Assembly: GCF_009914755.1 (NCBI RefSeq) | Contig: NC_060927.1 | Direction: 5' to 3' (one strand) | From: the human T2T-CHM13v2.0 reference genome, Homo sapiens | Length of the DNA: 64,000 nt | Shown: piece by piece, positions 47,325 through 62,945 of the stretch | How positions within the stretch are numbered: position 1 is the first letter of the stretch | Layout of the letters: every line of letters starts with the position of its first letter | The notes under the pieces: generated by a model | Database searches by the model: none | The model's input: the letters and a program-made list of their open reading frames with translations, nothing else | What the model was told of the DNA's origin: nothing | Program-made: the position numbers and the translations under genes

Positions 47325-50300
47325 ACTCTACATGAAATATCAAAGTTCACAAACCATATATTATATACTGTACATAAAATATCAAAGTACCCAAGGTATA
47401 TATTCTATACTGTACAAAAAATATCAAAGTACCCAAAGCATGTATTATATACTGCATATAAAATATGAAAGTACATCAAATATATATTTTATTCTGTACA
47501 TAAAATATCAAAGTACACCAGATATATATTCTATAGTGTACATAAAATATCAAAGTACCCAAACTATACATTATATACTGTACATAAAATATGAAATTAC
47601 ATCAAATATATATTATATTAGGTACATGAAATATGAAAGTACATCAAATATAGATTATATACTGTACATAAAATATGATAGTACCCCAAATATATATTAT
47701 ATACTCTACATGAAATATCACAGTTCACAAACTATATATTATATACTGCACATAAAATATCAAAGTACCCAAGGTATATATTCTATACTGTACAAAAAAT
47801 ATCAAAGTATCCAAAGCATGTATTATATAGTGTATATAAAATATGAAATTACATCAAATATATATTTTATTCTGTACATAAAATATCAAAGTACACCAGA
47901 TATATATTCTATAGTGTACATAAAATATCAAAGTACCCAAACTATACATTATATACTGTACATAAAATATGAAATTACAGCAAATATATATTATATTAGG
48001 TACATAAAATATGAAAGTACATCAAATATAGATTATATACTGTACATTAAATACCAAAGTACCCCAAATATATATTTTATACTGTACATGAAATATCAAA
48101 GTTCACAAACTATATATTATATACTGTACATAAAATATCAATGTACCCAAGGTATATATTCTATACTGCACAAAAAATATCAAAGTACCCAAAGCATGTA
48201 TTATATACTGTATATAAAATATGAAAGTACATCAAATGTATATTTTATTCTGTACATAAAATATCAAAGTACACCAGATATATATTCTATAGTGTACATA
48301 AAATAACAAAGTACACAAACTATAAATTATATCCTGTACATAAAATATGAAATTACATCAAATATATAGTAGGTACATAAAATATGAAAGTACATCAAAT
48401 ATAGATTATATACTGTACATAAAATATCAATGTACCCCAAATATATATTTTATACTCTACATGAAATATCAAAGTTCACAAACCATATATTATATACTGT
48501 ACATAAAATATTAAATACCCAAGGTATATATTCTATACTATACAAAAAATATCAAAGTACCCAAAGCATGTATTATATACTGTACATAAAATATGAAAGT
48601 ACATCAAATATATATTTTATTCTGTACATAAAATATCAAAGTACACTAGATATATATTCTATAGTGTACATAAAATATCAAAATACCCAAACTATACATT
48701 ATATACTGTACATAAAATATGAGATTACATCAAATATATATTATATTAGGTACATAAAATATGAAAGTACATCAAATATAGATTATATACTGTACATAAA
48801 ATATCAAAGTACCCCGAATATATATTATATACTCTACATGAAATATCAAAGTTCACAAACTATATATTATATACTGTACATAAAATATCAAAGTACCCAA
48901 GGTATATATTCTATACTGTACAAAAAATATCAAAGTACCCAAAGCATGTATTATATACTGTATATAAAATAAGAAAGTACATTAAATATATATTTTATTC
49001 TGTACATAAAATATCAAAGTACACCAGATATATATTCTATAGTGTACATAAAATAACAAAGTACACAAACTATAAATTATATACTGTACATAAAATATGA
49101 AATTACATCAAATATATATTAGGTACATAAAATATGAAAGTACATCAAATATAGATTATATACTGAACATATAATATCAATGTACCCCAAATATATATTT
49201 GATACTCTACATGAAATATCAAAGTTCAGAAACCATACATTATATACTGTACATAAAATATCAAAGTACCCAAAGTATATATTCTATACTGTACAAAAAA
49301 TATCAAAGTACCCAAAGCATGTATTATATACTGTACATAATATATGAAAGTACATCAAATATATATTTTATTCTGTACATAAAATATCAAAGTATAGGAA
49401 ATATATATTCTATAGTGTACATAAAATATCAAAGTACCCAAACTATACATTATATACTGTACATAAAATATGAAATTACATCAAATATATATTAGGTACA
49501 TAAAATATGAAAGTACATCAAATATAGATTATATACTGTACATAAAATATCAAAGTACCCCAAATATATATTATATACTCTACATGAAATATCAAAGTTC
49601 ACAAACTATATATTATATACTGTACATAAAATATCAAAGTACCCAAGGTATATATTCTATACTGTACAAAAAATATCAAGGTACCCAAAGCATGTATTAT
49701 ATACTGTACATAAAATATGAAAGTACATCAAATATATATTTTATTCTGTACATAAAATATCAAAGTACACCAGATATATATTCTATAGTGTACATAAAAT
49801 AACAAAGTACCCAAACTATACATTATATACTGTACATAAAATATGAAATTACATCAAATATATATTAGGTACATAAAATATGAAAGAACATCAAACATAG
49901 ATTATATACTGTACAAAAAATATCAAAGTACCCCAAATATATATTATATACTCTACATGAAATATCAAATTTCACAAACTATATATTATATACTGTACAT
50001 AAAATATCAAAGTACCCAAGGTATATATTCTATACTGTACAAAAAATATCAAAGTACCCAAAGCATGTATTATATACTGTATATAAAATATGAAAGTACA
50101 TCAAATATATATTTTATTCTGTACATAAAATATCAAAGTACACCAGATATATATTCTATAGTGTACATAAAATAACAAAGTACACAAACTATACATTATA
50201 TACTGTACATAAAATATGAAATTACATCAAATATATATTAGGTACATAAAATATGAAAGTACATCAAATATAGATTATATACTGTACATATAATATCAAT

Positions 50301-53300
50301 GTACCCGAAATATATATTTTATACTCTACATGAAATATCAAAGTTCACAAACCATATATTATATACTGTGCATAAAATATCAAAGTACCCAAGGTATATA
50401 TTCTATACTGTACAAAAAATATCAAAGTACCCAAAGCATGTATTATATACTGTACATAAAATATGAAATTACATCAAATATATATTTTATTCTGTACATA
50501 AAATATCAAAGTACACCAGATATATATTCTATAGTGTACATAAAATATCAAAGTACCCAAACTATACATTATATACTGTACATAAAATATGAAATTACAT
50601 CAAATATATATTATATTAGGTACATAAAATAAGAAAGTACATCAAATATAGATTATATACTGTACATAAAATATCAAAGTACCCCAAATATATATTATAT
50701 ACTCTACATGAAATATCAAAGTTCAAAAACTATATATTATATACTGTACATAAAATATCAAAGTACCCAAGGTATATATTCTATACTGTATAAAAAATAT
50801 CAAAGTATCCAAAGCATGTTTTATATACTGTATATAAAATATGAAAGTAAATTAAAGATATATTTTATTCTGTACATAAAATATCAAAATACACCAGATA
50901 TATATTCTATAGTGTACATAAAATAACAAAGTACACAAACTATAAATTATATACTGTACATAAAATATGAAATTACATCAAATATATATTAGGTACATAA
51001 AATATGAAAGTACATCAAATATAGATTATATACTGTACATATAATATCAATGTACCCCAAATATATATTTTATACTCTACATGAAATATCAAAGTTCACA
51101 AACCATACATTATATACTTTCCATAAAATATCAAAGTACCCATGGCATATATTCTATACTGTACAAAAGATATCAAAGTACCCAAAGCATGTATTATATA
51201 CTGTACATAAAATATGAAATTACATCAAATATATATTATATTAGGTACTTAAAATATGAAAGTACATCAAATATAGATTATAGACTGTACATAAAATATC
51301 AAAGTACCACAAATATATATTATATACTGTACATGAAATATCAAAGTTCACAACTATATATTATATACTGTACATAAAATATCAAAGTCCCCAAGGTATA
51401 TATTCTATACTGTACAAAAAATATCAAAGTACACAAAGCATGTATTATATACTGTACATAAAATATGAAATTACATCAAATATATATTATATTAGGTACA
51501 TAAAATATGAAAGTACATCAAATATAGATTATATACTGTACATAAAATATCAAAGTACCCCAAATATATATTATATACTGTACATGTAATATCAAAGTTC
51601 ACAACTATATATTACATACTGTACATAAAATATCAAAGTACCCAAGGTATATATTCTATACTGTACAAAAAATATCAAAGTAAACAAAGCATGTATTATA
51701 TACTGTACCTAAAATATGAAAGTACATCAAATATATATTTTATTCTGTACATAAAATATCAAAGTACACCAGATATATATTCTATAGTGTATATAAAATA
51801 TCAAAGTACCCAAACTATACATTATATACTGTACATAAAATATGAAATTACATCAAATATATATTAGGTACATAAAATATGAAAGTACATCAAATATAGA
51901 TTATATACTGTAAATATAATATCAATGTACCCCAAATATATATTTTATACTCTATATGAAATATCAAAGTTCACAAACCATATATTATATACTGTACATA
52001 AAATATCAAAGTACCAAAGGTATATATTCTATACTGTACAAAAAATATCAAAGTACCCAAAGCATGTATTATATACTGTACATAAAATATGAAAGTACAT
52101 CAAATATATATTTTATTCTGTACATAAAATATCAAAGTACACCAGATATATATTCTATAGTGTACATAAAATATCAAAGTACCCAAACTATACATTATAT
52201 ACTGTACATAAAATATGAAATTACATCAAATATATATTATATTAGGTACATGAAATATGAAAGTACATCAAATATAGATTATATACTGTACATAAAATAT
52301 GAAAGTACCCCAAATATATATTATATACTCTACATGAAATATCAAAGTTCACAAACTATATATTATATACTGTGCATAAAATATCAAAGTACCCAAGGTA
52401 TATATTCTATACTGTACAAAAAATATCAAAGTATCCAAAGCATGTATTATATACTGTATATAAAATATGAAAGTACATCAAATATATATTTTATTCTGTA
52501 CATAAAATATCAAAGTACACCAGATATATATTCTATAGTGTACATAAAATATCAAAGTACCCAAACTATACATTATATACTGTACATAATATATGAAATT
52601 ACAGCAAATATATATTATATTAGGTACATAAAATATGAAAGTACATCAAATATAGATTATATACTGTACATTAAATACCAAAGTACCCCAAATATATATT
52701 TTATACTGTACATGAAATATCAAAGTTCCCAAACTAAATATTATATACTGTACATAAAATATCAATGTACCCAAGGTATATATTCTATACTGCACAAAAA
52801 ATATGAAATTACCCAAAGCATGTATTATATACTGTATATAAAATATGAAAGCACATCAAATATATATTTTATTCTGTACATAAAATATCAAAGTACACCA
52901 GATATATATTCTATAGTGTACATAAAATATCAAAGTACCCAAACTATACATTATATACTGTAGATAAAATATGAAATTACATCAAATATATATTATATTA
53001 GGTACATAAAATACGAAAGTACATCAAATATAGATTATATACTGTACATAAAATATCAAAGTACCCCAATATATATTATATACTGTACATGAAATATCAA
53101 AGTTCACAAACTATATATTATATACTGTACATAAAATATCAAAGTACCCAAGGTATATATTCTATACTGTACAAAAAATATCAAAGTACCCAAAGCATGT
53201 ATTATAAACTGTAAATAAAATATGAAAGTACATCAAATATATATTTTATTCTGTACATAAAATATCAAAGTACACCAGATATATATTCTATAGTGTACAT

Positions 53301-55090
53301 AAAATATCAAAGTACCCAAACTATACATTATATACTGTACATAAAATATGAAATTACATCAAATATATATTATATTAGGTACATAAAATATGAAAGTACA
53401 TCAAATATAGATTATATACTGTACATAAAATATCAAAGTACCCCAAATACATATTTTATACTCTACATGAAATATCAAAGTTCACAAACCATACATTATA
53501 TACTTTCCATAAAATATCAAAGTACCCATGGCATATATTCTATACTGTACAAAAGATATCAAAGTACCCAAAGCATGTATTATATACTGTACATAAAATA
53601 TGAAAGTACATCAAATATATATTTTATTCTGTACATAAAATATCAAAGTACACCAGATATATATTCTATAGTGTACATAAAATATCAAAGTACCCAAACT
53701 ATATATTATATACTGTACATAAAATATGAAATTACATCAAATATGTATTATATTAGGTACATAAAATATGAAAGTACATCAAATATAGATTATATACCGT
53801 ACATAAAATATCAAAATACCCCAAATATATATTATATACTATACATGAAATATCAAATATCACAAACTATATATTATATACTGTACATAAAATATCAACG
53901 TACCCAATGTATATATTCTATAGTGTACAAAAAATATCAAAGTACCCAAAGCATGTATTATATACTGTACATAAAATATAAAAGTACATCAAATATATAT
54001 TTTATTCTGTACATAAAATATGAAAGTACACCAGATATATATTCTATAGTGTACATAAAATATCAAAGTACCCAAACTATACATTATATACTGTACATAA
54101 AATATGAAATTATATCAAATATATATTATATTAGGTACTTAAAATATGAAAGTACATCAAATATAGATTATATACAGTACATAAAATATCAAAGTACCCC
54201 AAATATATATTATATACTGTACATGAAATATCAAAGTTCACAACTATATATTATATACTGTACATAAAATATCAAAGTCCCCAAGGTATATATTCTATAC
54301 TGTACAAAAAATATCAAAGTACACAAAGCATGTATTATATACTGTACATAAAATATGAAATTACATCAAATATATATTATATTAGGTACATAAAATATGA
54401 AAGTACATCAAATATAGATTATATACTGTACATAAAATATCAAAGTACCCCAAATATATATTATATACTGTACATGTAATATCAAAGTTCACAACTATAT
54501 ATTACATACTGTACATAAAATATCAAAGTACCCAAGGTATATATTCTATACTGTACAAAAAATATCAAAGTACCCAAAGCATGTATTATATACTGTACAT
54601 AAAATATGAAAGTACATCAAATATATATTTTATTCTGTACATAAAATATCAAAGTACACCAGATATATATTCTATAGTGTATATAAAATATCAAAGTACC
54701 TAAACTATACATTATATACTGTACATAAAATATGAAATTACATCAAATATATATTATATTAGGTACATAAAATATGAAAGTACATGAAGTATAGATTATA
54801 TACTGTACATAAAATATCAAAGTACCCCAAATTTATATTATATACTATACATGAAATATCAAAGTTCACAAACTATATATTATATACTGTACATAAAATA
54901 TCAAAGTACCCAAAGCATGTATTATATACCGTACATAAAATATAAAATTACATCAAATATATATTTTATTCTGTACATAAAATATCAAAGTACACCAGAT
55001 ATATATACTATAGTGTACATAAAATATCAAAGTACCCAAACTATACATTATACACTGTACATAAAATATGAAATTACATCAAATATATAT
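47325..55090 (+). repeat. 7,855-bp-period tandem duplication, copy 1
   Basis: ORF starts 48430, 49199, 49470, 49843, 50330, 50708, 51081, 51956, 53293 and 54851 all recur at +7855. Many private variants are shared (tatgatag, tttgatac, tcagaaac, agtataggaa, caacgtac, acctaaac). The true start lies somewhere between 47137 and 47455. Confidence 0.92.
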
Positions 55091-55179
55091 TATATTAGGT
55101 ACATGAAATATGAAAGTACATCAAATATAGATTATATACTGTACATAAAATATGATAGTACCCCAAATATATATTATAT

Positions 55180-58100
55180 ACTCTACATGAAATATCAAAG
55201 TTCACAAACCATATATTATATACTGTACATAAAATATCAAAGTACCCAAGGTATATATTCTATACTGTACAAAAAATATCAAAGTACCCAAAGCATGTAT
55301 TATATACTGCATATAAAATATGAAAGTACATCAAATATATATTTTATTCTGTACATAAAATATCAAAGTACACCAGATATATATTCTATAGTGTACATAA
55401 AATATCAAAGTACCCAAACTATACATTATATACTGTACATAAAATATGAAATTACATCAAATATATATTATATTAGGTACATGAAATATGAAAGTACATC
55501 AAATATAGATTATATACTGTACATAAAATATGATAGTACCCCAAATATATATTATATACTCTACATGAAATATCACAGTTCACAAACTATATATTATATA
55601 CTGCACATAAAATATCAAAGTACCCAAGGTATATATTCTATACTGTACAAAAAATATCAAAGTATCCAAAGCATGTATTATATAGTGTATATAAAATATG
55701 AAATTACATCAAATATATATTTTATTCTGTACATAAAATATCAAAGTACACCAGATATATATTCTATAGTGTACATAAAATATCAAAGTACCCAAACTAT
55801 ACATTATATACTGTACATAAAATATGAAATTACAGCAAATATATATTATATTAGGTACATAAAATATGAAAGTACATCAAATATAGATTATATACTGTAC
55901 ATTAAATACCAAAGTACCCCAAATATATATTTTATACTGTACATGAAATATCAAAGTTCACAAACTATATATTATATACTGTACATAAAATATCAATGTA
56001 CCCAAGGTATATATTCTATACTGCACAAAAAATATCAAAGTACCCAAAGCATGTATTATATACTGTATATAAAATATGAAAGTACATCAAATGTATATTT
56101 TATTCTGTACATAAAATATCAAAGTACACCAGATATATATTCTATAGTGTACATAAAATAACAAAGTACACAAACTATAAATTATATCCTGTACATAAAA
56201 TATGAAATTACATCAAATATATAGTAGGTACATAAAATATGAAAGTACATCAAATATAGATTATATACTGTACATAAAATATCAATGTACCCCAAATATA
56301 TATTTTATACTCTACATGAAATATCAAAGTTCACAAACCATATATTATATACTGTACATAAAATATTAAATACCCAAGGTATATATTCTATACTATACAA
56401 AAAATATCAAAGTACCCAAAGCATGTATTATATACTGTACATAAAATATGAAAGTACATCAAATATATATTTTATTCTGTACATAAAATATCAAAGTACA
56501 CTAGATATATATTCTATAGTGTACATAAAATATCAAAATACCCAAACTATACATTATATACTGTACATAAAATATGAGATTACATCAAATATATATTATA
56601 TTAGGTACATAAAATATGAAAGTACATCAAATATAGATTATATACTGTACATAAAATATCAAAGTACCCCGAATATATATTATATACTCTACATGAAATA
56701 TCAAAGTTCACAAACTATATATTATATACTGTACATAAAATATCAAAGTACCCAAGGTATATATTCTATACTGTACAAAAAATATCAAAGTACCCAAAGC
56801 ATGTATTATATACTGTATATAAAATAAGAAAGTACATTAAATATATATTTTATTCTGTACATAAAATATCAAAGTACACCAGATATATATTCTATAGTGT
56901 ACATAAAATAACAAAGTACACAAACTATAAATTATATACTGTACATAAAATATGAAATTACATCAAATATATATTAGGTACATAAAATATGAAAGTACAT
57001 CAAATATAGATTATATACTGAACATATAATATCAATGTACCCCAAATATATATTTGATACTCTACATGAAATATCAAAGTTCAGAAACCATACATTATAT
57101 ACTGTACATAAAATATCAAAGTACCCAAAGTATATATTCTATACTGTACAAAAAATATCAAAGTACCCAAAGCATGTATTATATACTGTACATAATATAT
57201 GAAAGTACATCAAATATATATTTTATTCTGTACATAAAATATCAAAGTATAGGAAATATATATTCTATAGTGTACATAAAATATCAAAGTACCCAAACTA
57301 TACATTATATACTGTACATAAAATATGAAATTACATCAAATATATATTAGGTACATAAAATATGAAAGTACATCAAATATAGATTATATACTGTACATAA
57401 AATATCAAAGTACCCCAAATATATATTATATACTCTACATGAAATATCAAAGTTCACAAACTATATATTATATACTGTACATAAAATATCAAAGTTCCCA
57501 AGGTATATATTCTATACTGTACAAAAAATATCAAGGTACCCAAAGCATGTATTATATACTGTACATAAAATATGAAAGTACATCAAATATATATTTTATT
57601 CTGTACATAAAATATCAAAGTACACCAGATATATATTCTATAGTGTACATAAAATAACAAAGTACCCAAACTATACATTATATACTGTACATAAAATATG
57701 AAATTACATCAAATATATATTAGGTACATAAAATATGAAAGAACATCAAACATAGATTATATACTGTACAAAAAATATCAAAGTACCCCAAATATATATT
57801 ATATACTCTACATGAAATATCAAATTTCACAAACTATATATTATATACTGTACATAAAATATCAAAGTACCCAAGGTATATATTCTATACTGTACAAAAA
57901 ATATCAAAGTACCCAAAGCATGTATTATATACTGTATATAAAATATGAAAGTACATCAAATATATATTTTATTCTGTACATAAAATATCAAAGTACACCA
58001 GATATATATTCTATAGTGTACATAAAATAACAAAGTACACAAACTATACATTATATACTGTACATAAAATATGAAATTACATCAAATATATATTAGGTAC

Positions 58101-61100
58101 ATAAAATATGAAAGTACATCAAATATAGATTATATACTGTACATATAATATCAATGTACCCGAAATATATATTTTATACTCTACATGAAATATCAAAGTT
58201 CACAAACCATATATTATATACTGTGCATAAAATATCAAAGTACCCAAGGTATATATTCTATACTGTACAAAAAATATCAAAGTACCCAAAGCATGTATTA
58301 TATACTGTACATAAAATATGAAATTACATCAAATATATATTTTATTCTGTACATAAAATATCAAAGTACACCAGATATATATTCTATAGTGTACATAAAA
58401 TATCAAAGTACCCAAACTATACATTATATACTGTACATAAAATATGAAATTACATCAAATATATATTATATTAGGTACATAAAATAAGAAAGTACATCAA
58501 ATATAGATTATATACTGTACATAAAATATCAAAGTACCCCAAATATATATTATATACTCTACATGAAATATCAAAGTTCAAAAACTATATATTATATACT
58601 GTACATAAAATATCAAAGTACCCAAGGTATATATTCTATACTGTATAAAAAATATCAAAGTATCCAAAGCATGTTTTATATACTGTATATAAAATATGAA
58701 AGTAAATTAAAGATATATTTTATTCTGTACATAAAATATCAAAATACACCAGATATATATTCTATAGTGTACATAAAATAACAAAGTACACAAACTATAA
58801 ATTATATACTGTACATAAAATATGAAATTACATCAAATATATATTAGGTACATAAAATATGAAAGTACATCAAATATAGATTATATACTGTACATATAAT
58901 ATCAATGTACCCCAAATATATATTTTATACTCTACATGAAATATCAAAGTTCACAAACCATACATTATATACTTTCCATAAAATATCAAAGTACCCATGG
59001 CATATATTCTATACTGTACAAAAGATATCAAAGTACCCAAAGCATGTATTATATACTGTACATAAAATATGAAATTACATCAAATATATATTATATTAGG
59101 TACTTAAAATATGAAAGTACATCAAATATAGATTATAGACTGTACATAAAATATCAAAGTACCACAAATATATATTATATACTGTACATGAAATATCAAA
59201 GTTCACAACTATATATTATATACTGTACATAAAATATCAAAGTCCCCAAGGTATATATTCTATACTGTACAAAAAATATCAAAGTACACAAAGCATGTAT
59301 TATATACTGTACATAAAATATGAAATTACATCAAATATATATTATATTAGGTACATAAAATATGAAAGTACATCAAATATAGATTATATACTGTACATAA
59401 AATATCAAAGTACCCCAAATATATATTATATACTGTACATGTAATATCAAAGTTCACAACTATATATTACATACTGTACATAAAATATCAAAGTACCCAA
59501 GGTATATATTCTATACTGTACAAAAAATATCAAAGTAAACAAAGCATGTATTATATACTGTACCTAAAATATGAAAGTACATCAAATATATATTTTATTC
59601 TGTACATAAAATATCAAAGTACACCAGATATATATTCTATAGTGTATATAAAATATCAAAGTACCCAAACTATACATTATATACTGTACATAAAATATGA
59701 AATTACATCAAATATATATTAGGTACATAAAATATGAAAGTACATCAAATATAGATTATATACTGTAAATATAATATCAATGTACCCCAAATATATATTT
59801 TATACTCTATATGAAATATCAAAGTTCACAAACCATATATTATATACTGTACATAAAATATCAAAGTACCAAAGGTATATATTCTATACTGTACAAAAAA
59901 TATCAAAGTACCCAAAGCATGTATTATATACTGTACATAAAATATGAAAGTACATCAAATATATATTTTATTCTGTACATAAAATATCAAAGTACACCAG
60001 ATATATATTCTATAGTGTACATAAAATATCAAAGTACCCAAACTATACATTATATACTGTACATAAAATATGAAATTACATCAAATATATATTATATTAG
60101 GTACATGAAATATGAAAGTACATCAAATATAGATTATATACTGTACATAAAATATGAAAGTACCCCAAATATATATTATATACTCTACATGAAATATCAA
60201 AGTTCACAAACTATATATTATATACTGTGCATAAAATATCAAAGTACCCAAGGTATATATTCTATACTGTACAAAAAATATCAAAGTATCCAAAGCATGT
60301 ATTATATACTGTATATAAAATATGAAAGTACATCAAATATATATTTTATTCTGTACATAAAATATCAAAGTACACCAGATATATATTCTATAGTGTACAT
60401 AAAATATCAAAGTACCCAAACTATACATTATATACTGTACATAATATATGAAATTACAGCAAATATATATTATATTAGGTACATAAAATATGAAAGTACA
60501 TCAAATATAGATTATATACTGTACATTAAATACCAAAGTACCCCAAATATATATTTTATACTGTACATGAAATATCAAAGTTCCCAAACTAAATATTATA
60601 TACTGTACATAAAATATCAATGTACCCAAGGTATATATTCTATACTGCACAAAAAATATGAAATTACCCAAAGCATGTATTATATACTGTATATAAAATA
60701 TGAAAGCACATCAAATATATATTTTATTCTGTACATAAAATATCAAAGTACACCAGATATATATTCTATAGTGTACATAAAATATCAAAGTACCCAAACT
60801 ATACATTATATACTGTAGATAAAATATGAAATTACATCAAATATATATTATATTAGGTACATAAAATACGAAAGTACATCAAATATAGATTATATACTGT
60901 ACATAAAATATCAAAGTACCCCAATATATATTATATACTGTACATGAAATATCAAAGTTCACAAACTATATATTATATACTGTACATAAAATATCAAAGT
61001 ACCCAAGGTATATATTCTATACTGTACAAAAAATATCAAAGTACCCAAAGCATGTATTATAAACTGTAAATAAAATATGAAAGTACATCAAATATATATT

Positions 61101-62945
61101 TTATTCTGTACATAAAATATCAAAGTACACCAGATATATATTCTATAGTGTACATAAAATATCAAAGTACCCAAACTATACATTATATACTGTACATAAA
61201 ATATGAAATTACATCAAATATATATTATATTAGGTACATAAAATATGAAAGTACATCAAATATAGATTATATACTGTACATAAAATATCAAAGTACCCCA
61301 AATACATATTTTATACTCTACATGAAATATCAAAGTTCACAAACCATACATTATATACTTTCCATAAAATATCAAAGTACCCATGGCATATATTCTATAC
61401 TGTACAAAAGATATCAAAGTACCCAAAGCATGTATTATATACTGTACATAAAATATGAAAGTACATCAAATATATATTTTATTCTGTACATAAAATATCA
61501 AAGTACACCAGATATATATTCTATAGTGTACATAAAATATCAAAGTACCCAAACTATATATTATATACTGTACATAAAATATGAAATTACATCAAATATG
61601 TATTATATTAGGTACATAAAATATGAAAGTACATCAAATATAGATTATATACCGTACATAAAATATCAAAATACCCCAAATATATATTATATACTATACA
61701 TGAAATATCAAATATCACAAACTATATATTATATACTGTACATAAAATATCAACGTACCCAATGTATATATTCTATAGTGTACAAAAAATATCAAAGTAC
61801 CCAAAGCATGTATTATATACTGTACATAAAATATAAAAGTACATCAAATATATATTTTATTCTGTACATAAAATATGAAAGTACACCAGATATATATTCT
61901 ATAGTGTACATAAAATATCAAAGTACCCAAACTATACATTATATACTGTACATAAAATATGAAATTATATCAAATATATATTATATTAGGTACTTAAAAT
62001 ATGAAAGTACATCAAATATAGATTATATACAGTACATAAAATATCAAAGTACCCCAAATATATATTATATACTGTACATGAAATATCAAAGTTCACAACT
62101 ATATATTATATACTGTACATAAAATATCAAAGTCCCCAAGGTATATATTCTATACTGTACAAAAAATATCAAAGTACACAAAGCATGTATTATATACTGT
62201 ACATAAAATATGAAATTACATCAAATATATATTATATTAGGTACATAAAATATGAAAGTACATCAAATATAGATTATATACTGTACATAAAATATCAAAG
62301 TACCCCAAATATATATTATATACTGTACATGTAATATCAAAGTTCACAACTATATATTACATACTGTACATAAAATATCAAAGTACCCAAGGTATATATT
62401 CTATACTGTACAAAAAATATCAAAGTACCCAAAGCATGTATTATATACTGTACATAAAATATGAAAGTACATCAAATATATATTTTATTCTGTACATAAA
62501 ATATCAAAGTACACCAGATATATATTCTATAGTGTATATAAAATATCAAAGTACCTAAACTATACATTATATACTGTACATAAAATATGAAATTACATCA
62601 AATATATATTATATTAGGTACATAAAATATGAAAGTACATGAAGTATAGATTATATACTGTACATAAAATATCAAAGTACCCCAAATTTATATTATATAC
62701 TATACATGAAATATCAAAGTTCACAAACTATATATTATATACTGTACATAAAATATCAAAGTACCCAAAGCATGTATTATATACCGTACATAAAATATAA
62801 AATTACATCAAATATATATTTTATTCTGTACATAAAATATCAAAGTACACCAGATATATATACTATAGTGTACATAAAATATCAAAGTACCCAAACTATA
62901 CATTATACACTGTACATAAAATATGAAATTACATCAAATATATAT
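55180..62945 (+). repeat. 7,855-bp-period tandem duplication, copy 2
   Basis: Counterpart of 47325-55090. The only internal substitution I noticed is 49641 A / 57496 T (not an exhaustive comparison). Confidence 0.92.
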
